A stretch of 63,794 nt of DNA, counting the filler. It is 6 parts of 6 records of this genome, joined end to end, with 100 filler letters (N's around TTAATTAATTAA, not from the genome) between each part and the next. Parts side by side here need not be neighbours in the genome. Positions count along the whole stretch, not along the records: positions 1 to 28,133 come from SRR31147125_33536; positions 28,234 to 33,893 come from SRR31147125_33586; positions 33,994 to 42,558 come from SRR31147125_33625; 3 more parts are not named here. One strand, given 5' to 3'. Both the position numbers and the translations under genes were made by a program. This document shows, piece after piece, positions 27,085 to 38,070 of this stretch (its first letter is position 1; each line of letters begins with the position of its first letter). The notes below the pieces were generated by a model, which had not been told where the DNA came from, did not search any database, and worked only from the letters and a program-made list of their open reading frames with translations.

Positions 27085-27926
27085 ATGAGCGGAATATTGT
27101 ATCTGGTGGCAACGCCGATTGGGAATCTCGGCGACATATCGTCGCGTGCGGCAGCCGTTTTGGCTGACGTGGATTTTATCGCCGCCGAGGACACGCGCGT
27201 ATCGCTCAAACTCCTCAACCATTTGAAAATAAAAAAGCCGCTTGTCAGCTATTATGAGCACAACAGGGCGGAAAGCGGTGAAAAGATTGTCCGCCGTATT
27301 CTGGACGGTGAAAACTGCGCGCTGGTCACGGACGCCGGTATGCCGGCTGTCAGTGATCCCGGTGAAGACCTTGTCCGGCTGTGCGCACACGAGGGTATCA
27401 CGGTCCAGGCTGTGCCCGGCGCATGCGCGGCTGTAACCGCCCTGGCCCTGTCGGGCTTGCCGTCAGGCCGCTTCACGTTCGAGGGCTTTCTATCGACGTC
27501 AAAAAAAGCCGCTTTGAGCACTTAAACGCGCTCAAAGCGGAAACACGAACGATGATTTTTTATGAAGCGCCGCACAAGCTGCGCGCAACACTGAAAGATA
27601 TGCTTGAGGCCTTCGGCGACCGGAGCGTTTCAATCAGCCGTGAGCTGACGAAGCTGCACGAAGAAACTATGCGTACAACACTTCAAAAAGCCTCGGAGCA
27701 TTTCGAACTAACGCCGCCCCGCGGCGAGTTCGTGCTGATTATTAAGGGCGCAAAGCCACCCGAAACGCAGGAAATCAGTCTGGACGAAGCGCTGAGCGTC
27801 ATCGCCGGGCTGCGCAGCGGTGGAGCGTCTCTCAAAGACGCCGTTAAGCAGTGCGCCGCCGATACTGGCTGGCCGAAAAACGTCTTATATGATGCCGCCC
27901 TGAAAGCCGATACGCCCGGTAAATAA
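27085..27926 (+). pseudogene. rsmI: 16S rRNA C1402 2'-O-methyltransferase, split by a frameshift in the A7 run at 27501-27507 (probable sequencing error)
   Basis: LYLVATPIGNL, AAEDTR and DAGMPAVSDPG in one frame; FYEAPH, RELTKLHEE and RGEF in the -1 frame; one extra A restores the gene. Confidence 0.9.
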
Positions 27927-27943
27927 CCCCATTTGAAAAAAAT

Positions 27944-27969
27944 CGCCTCTGTCCATACGGGCAGAGGCG
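27944..27969. terminator. Bidirectional terminator between rsmI and abrB
   Basis: CGCCTCTGTCC-ATAC-GGGCAGAGGCG flanked by A and T runs. Confidence 0.75.
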
Positions 27970-27979
27970 TTCTTTATAT

Positions 27980-28133
27980 CTACGCTTTCTTTTTAAGTTC
28001 TTTCATGCAGGCTGCGCAGATATTTTTTCCCTTGTAGTTTGTCACACCTTTGACATTACTGCAAAAGATACAAGCCGGTTCGTACTTTTTCAGGACTATT
28101 GCCGATTCGTCCACATATATTTCTAGTGAATCC
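27980..28133 (-). CDS. abrB: AbrB family transition-state regulator, 5'-truncated at the contig end
   Basis: Translates DSLEIYVDESAIVLKKYEPACIFC...KGKNICAACMKELKKKA*; convergent with rsmI as is usual. Confidence 0.88.
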
Positions 28134-28233
28134 NNNNNNNNNNNNNNNNNNNNNNNNNNNNNNNNNNNNNNNNNNNNTTAATTAATTAANNNNNNNNNNN
28201 NNNNNNNNNNNNNNNNNNNNNNNNNNNNNNNNN
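28134..28233. other. Artificial contig linker
   Basis: 44 N + TTAATTAATTAA (stops in all six frames) + 44 N. Confidence 0.99.
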
Positions 28234-28252
28234 CATAATGGTTGATGATAAT

Positions 28253-28283
28253 GGTCGAGTACTCGTGTACTTGACCTTTTTTT
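28253..28283 (+). terminator. Intrinsic terminator
   Basis: GGTCGAGTAC-TCGT-GTACTTGACC followed by T7. Confidence 0.75.
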
Positions 28284-28410
28284 ATTTCCCATAATATTTA
28301 TACTAAGAGTTTTATGCAGGGGACAAAAGTAATCATAAGCCGCAATTTATGAATCAATTGAAAATGAAACTATGGCAATTTCTCCCATAAAATATATACG
28401 GGAGGGTTGT

Positions 28411-28689
28411 ATGAAGAGCTTTGTAATTTCAAAAGAAAAGCGACAAATGTTGGGATTTCAATTATATAGGCGTCGAGAGATGTTAGAGATGAGTAAAAAA
28501 GATCTGGAACTGATGACGGGGGTAAAGTCAACTGAAATACAAGCACTTGAAAAAGGAGATGTTGAGATAATTAATCCACTAGTTATTATGGAGCTGGCAG
28601 GCGCTCTGGGAATGCACTACATGCTACTCTATATGGTGATCGGTTATGTTCGGTATGGGGAGATTAGAGATACTTTAGGTACCATGTAG
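28411..28689 (+). CDS. XRE family HTH regulator
   Basis: RREMLEMSKKDLELMTGV..IQALEKG..INP..LAGAL pattern; RBS GGAGGG. Confidence 0.75.
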   Translation: MKSFVISKEKRQMLGFQLYRRREMLEMSKKDLELMTGVKSTEIQALEKGDVEIINPLVIMELAGALGMHYMLLYMVIGYVRYGEIRDTLGTM

Positions 28690-28881
28690 GAACCTCAGAG
28701 GTTGAAACAACTGTTTTTTAAAAAAATTACGCATTATACAAAGGTTTTAGCAAATAAAAAAGGAATTCTTCTCTTTAATTAATATATTAGTAATATGAAT
28801 TAAAATGGAGGGAGTTTTGGTATAAAATCTATTTTAGATTTTATATGAAAGGACTCTTAATAAAGTAAGGAGGCATTTTAA

Positions 28882-29451
28882 ATGGAACGATATTACCCTA
28901 ATGATAAATCAAAAGTTTTATTTGTTGATGACCAGCAGGAGTTTCTAGATATGTTAAAGAAAAGATTTCGATTAGATAATTTTGAGAAATTCTATACAAA
29001 CAATGTAGACGAAGCTTTTGAGATAATGGCTAGGGAGAGAATAGATGTAATAGTTAGTGATATAAATATGCCTGGTATGAGTGGTGTTGAGCTATTTAAA
29101 AGAGTCGGGGCTCTTCACCCAAATGTGGTAAGAGTAGCCCTATCAGACTTAGCGCAGGTTTCAAATGTTATTTCCGCGATAAATGAGGGATATGTCTATA
29201 AATATATAACTAAAACATGGGAATTAGATGACTTTAGCAAGCAGGTAATATATGACGCAATAACATACTCCATATATAGAAGTTTGAGACTAAGTTCCGA
29301 TTATAATAGTGATCATGTAGCTATATCCAAAATTCAGGAGATTTTTGCTATTCTTAATTTAGATTTTACGATTCAGGAGATTGATAAAGCAGATGTTGGA
29401 AAAGATGATATTATGTTAAATGCCAGATATTTTATTAAAAAACTAAAATAA
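28882..29451 (+). CDS. Response regulator (REC plus short tail, no evident DNA-binding domain)
   Basis: VLFVDD, IVSDINMPGMSG and YKYITK motifs. Confidence 0.88.
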   Translation: MERYYPNDKSKVLFVDDQQEFLDMLKKRFRLDNFEKFYTNNVDEAFEIMARERIDVIVSDINMPGMSGVELFKRVGALHPNVVRVALSDLAQVSNVISAINEGYVYKYITKTWELDDFSKQVIYDAITYSIYRSLRLSSDYNSDHVAISKIQEIFAILNLDFTIQEIDKADVGKDDIMLNARYFIKKLK

Positions 29452-29660
29452 TTAAAGATGTCCATGATAAACTAAAATCAGGATTTCATGAAAATTCTGA
29501 AAAGGTAGTATTTTTATAGATCAGAACACTATAGATGGGCAAATGTAGTAGTTTATCTTAAACACCTGACTTTTGAGTATAGTGATGCTCTATATGTATG
29601 TTAGGTGAACCTTGATTTGTGTAGGGCAAATTTTGAAATCAAGAAATTAATAGTAATTAG

Positions 29661-29700
29661 AAAATAAGCTGAAGGGAAAAACTCTTCAGCTTATTTTTTT
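29661..29700. terminator. Strong intrinsic terminator
   Basis: AAAATAAGCTGAAG...CTTCAGCTTATTTT followed by T residues. Confidence 0.8.
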
Positions 29701-29952
29701 GGTGTAATCTACGTTTTTCATTGTCAAAAGACACGAAAGTCATCACATCTAAATACTCTAATTATGTTAAAAAAAACAAGAATTTTCAAGGGTTGTATAG
29801 TATTTGATATTTTATTTTTAAAAAAGGTTTTAAATAAAACTTTGGTATATAAATAATGGGAGTAAAAATAGTATTGTGAGAGCTATTTTTGTTTGTTTTT
29901 AAAATTATTTTTCAAGAATATAGCATTTTAGAAAAATATGGAGGATAGGGTT

Positions 29953-32900
29953 ATGAAATTAATTCAAAAAGTTCTTGCGACCTTTGTAGTAAGTATACTA
30001 ATAACACTGACTTTATCTTTTTATTATATAGTCCCTTTTACTCAGGGAAGTATTTTAGAGGAGTTAGGGGTAGCGTATAAAGAATATTTAACTCAGATGG
30101 GGGCATATGTAGAAGAGTTTATAAACTCGATAATACAGGATGTGCACTTTATTTTAAAAACTTCAGAATTTTTTAATGATATAGAGGCTTATGAAAATAT
30201 TGGAAATTTTAGCAATGAAGTCTTAGCGCAAAAACAAATAAATGCTAATAATGTTTTTAATCTACTAAATGATTTTAAAGAGAACAAAAAACAGGTTGTT
30301 GATGTGCTTGCTGGTTTTGTTAATGGAGGTTTTATATCAACAAAATTAATATCTGGTGAGAAGTACGCATTTGAGTATAATGGAGAGTTTGAGCCAAGAG
30401 CTGAGAAATGGTTTAAATCGGCACTTAATTCAAAGAATGGATTTCATGTTTCTGAATTTTATCAAGAGAGTAATGGTGAGTATTTCTTTGATGTTTCTTC
30501 AGTTATAATCGATGATGAAGGAAGAAGGTTGGGAGTTATTAGGTTAAAAATTACTCTAACTTATTTCAAATCATACCTGGCTAAATCAGCAAGGGATAGA
30601 ATCGGTAATTTTGGTATGCTCCAGGAGACCCAAGTTGCCACAGCGAAGAAAAATGGAGAAGTTGTGGTCTTACCTTTAGCACAGGGTGAAGCTTGGTTAA
30701 GCGAAACCGAAAATCGCGAAGATTTCATTGGTAACAAGATAAATATCCTCGGGAAACCGTATTATATAATGACCAATAAACTACCTAAAACGGGTTGGAG
30801 ACTATATTATACAATACCTATGGATGGAATGAATAAGATGCTGATGAAAATATGGCTTCCACTTACACTTGCAGCACTTACGGTTATCTTTGTTCTATTG
30901 AATTTAATTATCTTTGGTTTAATAGTATTAGTTGTAAAACCTGTAGGAAAAATAACTGAGACAATATCAGAGATAGCAAGCACAAAAAACCTATCAAACT
31001 TTATTGAAGTAAAGAGTAAAGATGAGGTTGGAATCCTAGGTGAGTCATTTAATAAGATGATGTTAGAATTAAAGAAACATAAAGATAATTTGGAAGAATT
31101 GGTAGAGGATAGAACAAATGAAATTGTTAAATATTCAAAGGCGATAGAGCAAGGTTCAGCAGCAATTATGATAACCGATGTAAATGGTGATCTTGAGTAT
31201 GTAAATTCAAGATTTTCTGAACTGACAGGTTATTCAAATAGTGAGGTAATTGGAAAAAATCCTAGATTTTTACAATCAGGAGTGACTACAGAGGCAACAT
31301 ATATAGAGATGTGGAATGAAATAAGTATTGGGCGAACATGGCATGGTAAATTTTGTAATAAAAAGAAAAACGGCGAATTATACTGGGAAAATGTATCAAT
31401 TTCTCCTATAAAAGATGAAACAGGAAAAACAACACATTTTGTGGGAGTAAAAGAAGATATCACAAAAGATATGAAACAACAGGAGCAATTAAAAAATGCA
31501 CTTGCTAGAGCAGAGGTTCTATATGACGCATCATTAGCATTGCAGAAAACTTATGAACCAAATGAAGTATTTGAACTAATATTAACTAAACTAAAACATT
31601 TCATACCATACGATAGTGCCTCAGTTCAGGCACTAAAAGAGGATAGATTTGAAATATTATATGCAAAAGGTTTTGATAATTCCGAGAAGATAATTGGACT
31701 AAATTTTCCATTAGAAAATACTAATGTTAGTTATAAAGTTTATTCTTCGAAAAAGCCAGTAATAGTAGGAAACATTGAACTTAGAAATGACTTTATCCAT
31801 TCGGAAGGTGTAGACTTCATAAAGTCCTGGATGGGAGTTCCGCTAATATTTAATAACCAGGTAGTTGGAGAGTTAACCTTTGATTCAAAGGAATATAACT
31901 TTTATACTGGCGAAATGGCTCAACTTGCCAATGCTTTTGCTGTTCAGGCAGCAATAGCAATTAAAAATGCTCAATATGTAGATGAGCTAAAACATGCAAA
32001 AGAGCTGGCAGAGGAAGCAACAAAAGTTAAAGGAGAGTTCCTAGCTAATATGAGTCACGAGATAAGAACGCCTATGAACGCTATAATCGGATTGTCAGAG
32101 CTTGCTCTGCAAACAGAAGTAAGTACAAAGCTGAAAAGCTATCTAAGCAGCATAAACCACTCAGGTAGAAACCTCCTAAATATCATAAATGATATTCTTG
32201 ACTATTCCAAAATTGAGTCAGGAAAACTTGAACTAGAAAAGAGAGCGTTTGATTTACGAAAAAGTATCTCTACTATCGAATATACTTTTAATTTACAAGC
32301 AAAGAAAAAGGAAATAGCTTTACTATTCAACATAAGCAATAAGCTCCCTAATATTATAATAGGGGACTCACTTAGATTAAATCAAATACTCATAAATCTT
32401 ATTTCTAATGCTATTAAATTTACAGATAAAGGAAAAATAGAGCTTAATGTTGATGTGACGAGTATTAATGAAAATAGAGTCAACCTTAATTTTTCAATAG
32501 AAGACACAGGAATAGGAATCTCGAAGCTTGATATAGATAACTTGTTTCAGTCATTTCAGCAAGCAGATGCATCTATCAGCCGAAAATACGGTGGAACTGG
32601 GCTTGGACTAACTATCTCCAAACAGTTAGTAGAGATGATGAATGGAAAATTACAAGTAGAAAGTAAACTCGGAAAAGGAACCATATTTTCATTTCACTTA
32701 GAATTTAATTACTCTAATAACACTAGAGCTATTGATGATATTTCAAATAAGGATATTCTCATAGAAAAAAATATGGATATCAGAATCCTAGTAGTCGAAG
32801 ATAATCCTACAAACCAATTGATAATCAAAGATTATCTTGAAAAAATTGGTATCTATTCAGATATTGCATCTAGTGGAAAAGAGGCTTTAGAAAGAGTACA

Positions 32901-33393
32901 AACATTAAATTATAATCTAATTTTTATGGATATCCAACTACCATATATGGATGGATTACAAGCTACGAAAGAAATTAGAAAACTTGGAATATCTATCCCT
33001 ATAATAGCCCTAACAGCACATGCCTTTCCTGAAGATACTAGAAAAAGTCTAGAATCAGGAATGAATGAGCACTTAGTAAAACCAGTAGAATATTGCAAAC
33101 TTAAGAGTACACTAATTAAATGGATTCCAGAATTAAAAACTACTAAACTAATAGATAATGATATTTCTAAAGTATATACTAGAGATAAGCAAGTTAAAGC
33201 TAATAATTTTGATATAACAAAAAAGATAGAGACTCTAAAATTTTATCTAAAAGAGGGTAGCTCACAATCAATTAATCTAGCTCAGCAAATTCAAAACAAT
33301 CTAGAACATCACAATTTTTCCTCAATTATAAATTCTATTAATGAGCTAGATTTTGAGAATGCTCTCAAAATTTTAAATGATTTTTATGAATAA
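29953..33393 (+). CDS. Hybrid sensor histidine kinase (TM-Cache-TM-HAMP-PAS-GAF-HisKA-HATPase-REC)
   Basis: [49 protein letters not shown] and FMDIQLP motifs. Confidence 0.93.
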   Translation: MKLIQKVLATFVVSILITLTLSFYYIVPFTQGSILEELGVAYKEYLTQMGAYVEEFINSIIQDVHFILKTSEFFNDIEAYENIGNFSNEVLAQKQINANNVFNLLNDFKENKKQVVDVLAGFVNGGFISTKLISGEKYAFEYNGEFEPRAEKWFKSALNSKNGFHVSEFYQESNGEYFFDVSSVIIDDEGRRLGVIRLKITLTYFKSYLAKSARDRIGNFGMLQETQVATAKKNGEVVVLPLAQGEAWLSETENREDFIGNKINILGKPYYIMTNKLPKTGWRLYYTIPMDGMNKMLMKIWLPLTLAALTVIFVLLNLIIFGLIVLVVKPVGKITETISEIASTKNLSNFIEVKSKDEVGILGESFNKMMLELKKHKDNLEELVEDRTNEIVKYSKAIEQGSAAIMITDVNGDLEYVNSRFSELTGYSNSEVIGKNPRFLQSGVTTEATYIEMWNEISIGRTWHGKFCNKKKNGELYWENVSISPIKDETGKTTHFVGVKEDITKDMKQQEQLKNALARAEVLYDASLALQKTYEPNEVFELILTKLKHFIPYDSASVQALKEDRFEILYAKGFDNSEKIIGLNFPLENTNVSYKVYSSKKPVIVGNIELRNDFIHSEGVDFIKSWMGVPLIFNNQVVGELTFDSKEYNFYTGEMAQLANAFAVQAAIAIKNAQYVDELKHAKELAEEATKVKGEFLANMSHEIRTPMNAIIGLSELALQTEVSTKLKSYLSSINHSGRNLLNIINDILDYSKIESGKLELEKRAFDLRKSISTIEYTFNLQAKKKEIALLFNISNKLPNIIIGDSLRLNQILINLISNAIKFTDKGKIELNVDVTSINENRVNLNFSIEDTGIGISKLDIDNLFQSFQQADASISRKYGGTGLGLTISKQLVEMMNGKLQVESKLGKGTIFSFHLEFNYSNNTRAIDDISNKDILIEKNMDIRILVVEDNPTNQLIIKDYLEKIGIYSDIASSGKEALERVQTLNYNLIFMDIQLPYMDGLQATKEIRKLGISIPIIALTAHAFPEDTRKSLESGMNEHLVKPVEYCKLKSTLIKWIPELKTTKLIDNDISKVYTRDKQVKANNFDITKKIETLKFYLKEGSSQSINLAQQIQNNLEHHNFSSIINSINELDFENALKILNDFYE

Positions 33394-33436
33394 TACAATT
33401 AGCTATTAATCAAAACCCCATTAGAACTAAAAAAAT

Positions 33437-33463
33437 ATCCCCCTTTAACCAAAGGGGGATTTT
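33437..33463. terminator. Bidirectional terminator
   Basis: ATCCCCCTTT-AACC-AAAGGGGGAT between convergent genes. Confidence 0.7.
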
Positions 33464-33468
33464 AGGAT

Positions 33469-33893
33469 TTAACTATTTAATATATACTTCTCTATAACTT
33501 CTGCCACACCATCATCCATATTAGAAGCTACGATTACATCAGCCGCTTCTTTTAATTGTGGTTTAGCATTCTCTACACAAACACCAAGTCCAGCATATTG
33601 GATCATCTCAAGGTCATTAAAACTATCTCCAATAGCGATAATTTCATCTGCTTTTATCTCAAGTACTTCTGCTAATTTATCAATTCCTGTTCCTTTATCC
33701 ACACCTTTTGGCATAAATTCCAGAAAATAAGGTTTCGAAATTGTGATACTAAAATTATCATTGTGAGTCTCTTTAACCTGTTCAGCTACACCTTTTAGAT
33801 GCTCAGGGTCTTGAGTCATTAGAACTTTTACTACATCCTCATCAACTGTTTCTTTTAGACACTCTACTACTTTGATATCCATTCCAGTAATTT
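33469..33893 (-). CDS. Cof-type HAD-IIB hydrolase, 5'-truncated
   Basis: FLEFMPKGVDKG, IGDSFNDLEM and NA..DDGVA motifs. Confidence 0.9.
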
Positions 33894-33993
33894 NNNNNNN
33901 NNNNNNNNNNNNNNNNNNNNNNNNNNNNNNNNNNNNNTTAATTAATTAANNNNNNNNNNNNNNNNNNNNNNNNNNNNNNNNNNNNNNNNNNNN
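33894..33993. other. Artificial contig linker
   Basis: 44 N + TTAATTAATTAA + 44 N. Confidence 0.99.
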
Positions 33994-34089
33994 GCCCCCT
34001 CTCTATTCATGGAGAGGGGGATGAGGTTGGTTGAAAGTGGTAAATCAATCATCGTGCCCGACTTAAATGATCTCCACCATTGATTGCAA

Positions 34090-35268
34090 TCATTCATAAT
34101 AGGTGTGCATCTTGGGATCGAATGCCTCCCGGATGCCCTCTCCCGTAAACGTCACTGCCATCAAGGTAATGACCAGCGCTGAGACCACCGACGCGGAGAT
34201 CCACCATGCCTCCATATTGGTCCAACCCTGCTGAAGCAGCTCTCCCCAGCTCGGCGTCGGGGCCGGCAGGCCGAATCCCAGGTAGTCCAGTGAGGTCAGC
34301 GCAACGATCCCGCCGGATACGGCAAAAGGGGCATAGGTGACAATCACGGAGATGGTGTTGGGAATGATGTGCTTGAAGATGATTCTGAAATGGGATGCCC
34401 CCAAAGATCTTGCCGCCAAGACATACTCTCTTTCCTTTTCCTTGTAGGTCATGGTGCGCATCACCCAGGTCATGTTGATCCATCCGAAAAAGGCCATGAT
34501 CAACAGCAGAATCATGAAGTTCGGCACCACAACCGATGAGACGATGATCACCACGTACAAAAACGGAATGTTACTCCACACCTCCAGGATTCTTTGAAAA
34601 AAGAGATCGAACCTTCCTCCGAAATAGCCCATGGCGCACCCTAACGTAATCCCGATGGAATAGTTTAAAATCAGCAAGACAACGGAAAACAAAATGGCGG
34701 TCCTGAATCCGTAAACCAGACGGGCCAGGATATCTCGCCCCACATTGTCCGTTCCCAAAAAGTGTCTTTCGGAAAATGACGGGGGAAACGGTGGATAGGC
34801 ATTGTCTTTCAGATCGTTCTCGTAGGGATTGTACGGTACCGGCGGCAACATCACAAAATCGGGCAAGAATGAAAACAGACCTTTTTTTACGGCAGATTTC
34901 GTTTGCTTCCCTTGAGCCGTTTTCCCTTCTGCATCGTTTGCCAATGCCCCCTTCGTGTCCATGGGAGCATGGAATTCAGAGGCGTTGGCGGCACCGCTTA
35001 TTTTTTGCTTCAGCTCTCGGTAATTCGTTTCATAATCATATCCCAGGTCAAATCGATTTCCCGGAATCATCTCCCCGTAAGTGGGAAAGTAGAGCGATCC
35101 GTTATAGCAGACCAGCAATGCACGACTGTTAATGAACACCTCTGCAAATAGAGACATCACAATCATGATGAGAAGCAGGGCAAAAGAAAAAAATCCTCGT
35201 TTGATGGAAAAAAATCGTTTCCATCTTTTTATGGTCAGTGGATCAAGTTTCAATAGGGGCATTTTCAT
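34090..35268 (-). CDS. Oligopeptide/microcin C ABC permease (YejE/OppC-like)
   Basis: HFLGTDNVGRDILARL, EYVLAARSLGA and LDYLGFGLP..PSWGELL motifs. Confidence 0.9.
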   Translation of the reverse strand: MKMPLLKLDPLTIKRWKRFFSIKRGFFSFALLLIMIVMSLFAEVFINSRALLVCYNGSLYFPTYGEMIPGNRFDLGYDYETNYRELKQKISGAANASEFHAPMDTKGALANDAEGKTAQGKQTKSAVKKGLFSFLPDFVMLPPVPYNPYENDLKDNAYPPFPPSFSERHFLGTDNVGRDILARLVYGFRTAILFSVVLLILNYSIGITLGCAMGYFGGRFDLFFQRILEVWSNIPFLYVVIIVSSVVVPNFMILLLIMAFFGWINMTWVMRTMTYKEKEREYVLAARSLGASHFRIIFKHIIPNTISVIVTYAPFAVSGGIVALTSLDYLGFGLPAPTPSWGELLQQGWTNMEAWWISASVVSALVITLMAVTFTGEGIREAFDPKMHTYYE

Positions 35269-35280
35269 TTTGAGGTAGAC

Positions 35281-35652
35281 TTATTTTTTCGCATCGGTTT
35301 GTTTTATGGAATCATCAGATAGCATCCCTACGGATCGTGCAATTAGAAAGGATGTCACAATGACCAGAATAATTGAGATGATCGTTACTATAATGACCTG
35401 AATTTTGAACATGGCGACCTGCTTTTGCGTGACCTCAAGCATCTCAATCAACCGGGCACTCTCTTCCAAGTTTTGCGACTGAACGATCTTCTCTTTTACC
35501 AACATGTTCGCCTGTTCAACCCGAGAGAATCCCATGAAGGCAAACAAAGAGACAATGATGGTCGTCATAATGGGTAATGAGCAGCCAAGGATAATTTTAT
35601 GAGAAAGGCTCAGAGTTTTCATATTTTCACGCTCCTTTTCAATTTTGTTCAT
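35281..35652 (-). CDS. Small two-TM protein resembling an isolated chemoreceptor N-terminal module
   Basis: LSLSHKIILG-TM1, helical loop, TM2-IARSV, then stop; alternative start at 35622. Confidence 0.6.
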   Translation of the reverse strand: MNKIEKERENMKTLSLSHKIILGCSLPIMTTIIVSLFAFMGFSRVEQANMLVKEKIVQSQNLEESARLIEMLEVTQKQVAMFKIQVIIVTIISIILVIVTSFLIARSVGMLSDDSIKQTDAKK

Positions 35653-35777
35653 TCCATCTCCTTCCAAAGCAGTATGGCATTTTTACCCCATTAAAACAAC
35701 TTCCTTGAAATGGACTTCATTCCCCTGTACATTCTTTTGTCGACTTAGATCCGTAAATCCTTAGCAAACCGGAGAAT

Positions 35778-37373
35778 TTGAAAATGGAGCCTCTTTTTGA
35801 TATACAACACGTGACCGCCGAAATCTCGAAAAACACGTTTCTCAAAGATATTACCTGGCAGATTCGACCCGGAGAGTTTTGGGCGGTTCTGGGGACCAAC
35901 GCGTCTGGAAAATCCGGCCTTGGACAACTTCTTGACGGCAGACTAGATCTTGTCTCCGGTATCATGACCGACCAGGCGGATCGTGTCGGATATGTCTCAT
36001 TCGAGAAGCATGCGGAGATCATGGAAGAACTCCTCAAAAACGATGATACCGATTTTATGGATTCCATCGATACCGGTACGCCTGTCAAGGCGTTCATTAC
36101 GGACCACGCCTCCTGCCGGGGGACGTCGACGTCGAAAGGAAGAGTGAAAGGAAATTCGGTAGATCAGGAACGGATAACGCCCAAGGTGACCTCATTGGCG
36201 AAACAATTCGGCATCGATCATTTACTCCACCGGGGGATCCGCTTCCTCTCCACCGGGGAGATCCGAAAAGCCATGATCTGCCAGGCACTCATCCCCTCCC
36301 CCACCCTTCTCATATTGGATGAGCCTTACGACGGCGTGGATATCGAGTCAAGAAAAACCATTGCCGATGCCGTCGCCGGGCTCAATGCCCAAGGGATGAC
36401 CGTTGTACTGATTGTGAATCGCATCAGTCAGATTCCCGAGGAAGCCTCCCATATCCTTTACATCAGTGATTGCCGGATAGAGGTGAAGGGAATTCGAGAT
36501 GATATCTTGAATGGAAGCGGCAAGACACGTCAATCCGGTTCCGGCACATCATCCATCAGCCCTCTCGAGAGACTCCACACCCTCCACTTTACATTGCCCG
36601 ACACGCTTCCGTGCAAGGATCCGGAACAGCGGAGTTCCATTTCCAACCCGACTGCCGGAAATGCTGAAACATCTTTGTTTCCATTTTTTACCACTCCCCC
36701 ACCAACGCCACTCCCGCCGCTTATTAAAATGGACGGTGTCACCGTTAAATATGGGGATCATGTGGTACTTGACAACCTTGACTGGATAGTGAACCAGGGG
36801 GAACACTGGAAAATATCCGGTCCCAACGGCGCCGGTAAATCGACCCTTCTGAGCCTGGCCAACGGTGACAATCCCCAGGCCTATTCCAACGCCATCGACC
36901 TGTTCGGCAGACGCCGGGGAACGGGAGAGAGTATCTGGGATATCAAACGCCACACCGGGATTGTCTCATCCCGGTTCCAGCTGGATTACCGGGTATCGTC
37001 ATCCATTCTGGGAGTGGTGATTTCCGGATTTTTCGACTCCATCGGCGTGTACAAGAATCCCTCTGAAACTCAGAAACGGATCGCCAAGGCGTGGCTGGGA
37101 ATCATCGGGATGGAGAACGATGCCCGAAAGCCGTTTAAATCGCTATCTTACGGCGAACAGCGTATGGTACTCATTGTCCGGGCCATGGTGAAACATCCAA
37201 CACTGTTGATCTTGGATGAACCGTGCCAGGGATTGGACGAAACCAACAGACATATGGTGTTGAAGCTCATCGATCATATCGGTAACACCGGCACCAGTAC
37301 CATTTTATATGTGACTCACCATGATGAAGATCGGCTGGCTTGCATTCAAAAGACCCTCCGTTTGACGTTATGA
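35778..37373 (+). CDS. modF: ModF-like double ABC ATPase
   Basis: Two ABC domains (GTNASGKS/LSTGE and GPNGAGKST/LSYGEQR); RRGTGESIWDIK motif. Confidence 0.85.
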   Translation: MKMEPLFDIQHVTAEISKNTFLKDITWQIRPGEFWAVLGTNASGKSGLGQLLDGRLDLVSGIMTDQADRVGYVSFEKHAEIMEELLKNDDTDFMDSIDTGTPVKAFITDHASCRGTSTSKGRVKGNSVDQERITPKVTSLAKQFGIDHLLHRGIRFLSTGEIRKAMICQALIPSPTLLILDEPYDGVDIESRKTIADAVAGLNAQGMTVVLIVNRISQIPEEASHILYISDCRIEVKGIRDDILNGSGKTRQSGSGTSSISPLERLHTLHFTLPDTLPCKDPEQRSSISNPTAGNAETSLFPFFTTPPPTPLPPLIKMDGVTVKYGDHVVLDNLDWIVNQGEHWKISGPNGAGKSTLLSLANGDNPQAYSNAIDLFGRRRGTGESIWDIKRHTGIVSSRFQLDYRVSSSILGVVISGFFDSIGVYKNPSETQKRIAKAWLGIIGMENDARKPFKSLSYGEQRMVLIVRAMVKHPTLLILDEPCQGLDETNRHMVLKLIDHIGNTGTSTILYVTHHDEDRLACIQKTLRLTL

Positions 37374-37964
37374 CTCCTCTTCGCCCGCCAAGCTGACCAC
37401 CCCATGGGTAACCCCCATCAATATCAGCACTGAGGCACCGAAAATGTAAAGCCCCGCATGCACCTGAATGGTGGCAATGGCTCCGAGTTTCACCGTGACA
37501 ATGAGCACCGCCACCACCATCACATCCAGCATGGCCCATCTTCCGTACTCATGCATCAGATGAAGATAGCGCCGGGTGGATGCGTAATGGTCCTTCGCGT
37601 CCTTGCCGACATGTGCCGCCCTTCCTGCAGCCGTTCTCTCTTCTTCACCGATTTCAAGCTCTTTTTCATCTTTTTTGCGGATGGCGTGTAGCACCTTGAA
37701 CAGGAACAGAATCTTCACCACCGGCAATACCACACTGAATCCCCCCACCAGAATCGCCAGAACAATCCGGCCGTTAATCATCAATTCATAGACACCGGAG
37801 AGAACGGAAAAAGAACTTCGGATATAGATAAATTTCGACAGGGTGATCATGGGCATGGCCACACCTGCAAGAAAAAGAATCGATGCGGTCCAGAGAAGAA
37901 AGAGATATCTCCCGGGCCGCATTTTTGCTATTTTCATAATCCCACTCATTTCATTTGCCAACAT
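37368..37964 (-). CDS. Paraquat-inducible protein A (PqiA) domain membrane protein
   Basis: FSVVLPVVK and GRWAMLDVMVVA motifs. Confidence 0.85.
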   Translation of the reverse strand: MLANEMSGIMKIAKMRPGRYLFLLWTASILFLAGVAMPMITLSKFIYIRSSFSVLSGVYELMINGRIVLAILVGGFSVVLPVVKILFLFKVLHAIRKKDEKELEIGEEERTAAGRAAHVGKDAKDHYASTRRYLHLMHEYGRWAMLDVMVVAVLIVTVKLGAIATIQVHAGLYIFGASVLILMGVTHGVVSLAGEEES

Positions 37965-38070
37965 TATGGAAAGGGCTTATAGTACCCCATTCTTGCAAAC
38001 CGAGTGACTGCCGTATTCCATTCGGATTGTCCCCATGAAACGCCTTTTATTCACAGTAAAGTGACGAAAA

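Noticed and set aside
29530-29650. c-di-GMP-I riboswitch suggested by GGCAAA motifs
   Set aside because: The GAAA-tetraloop stem and GCAAAG/receptor elements are not present
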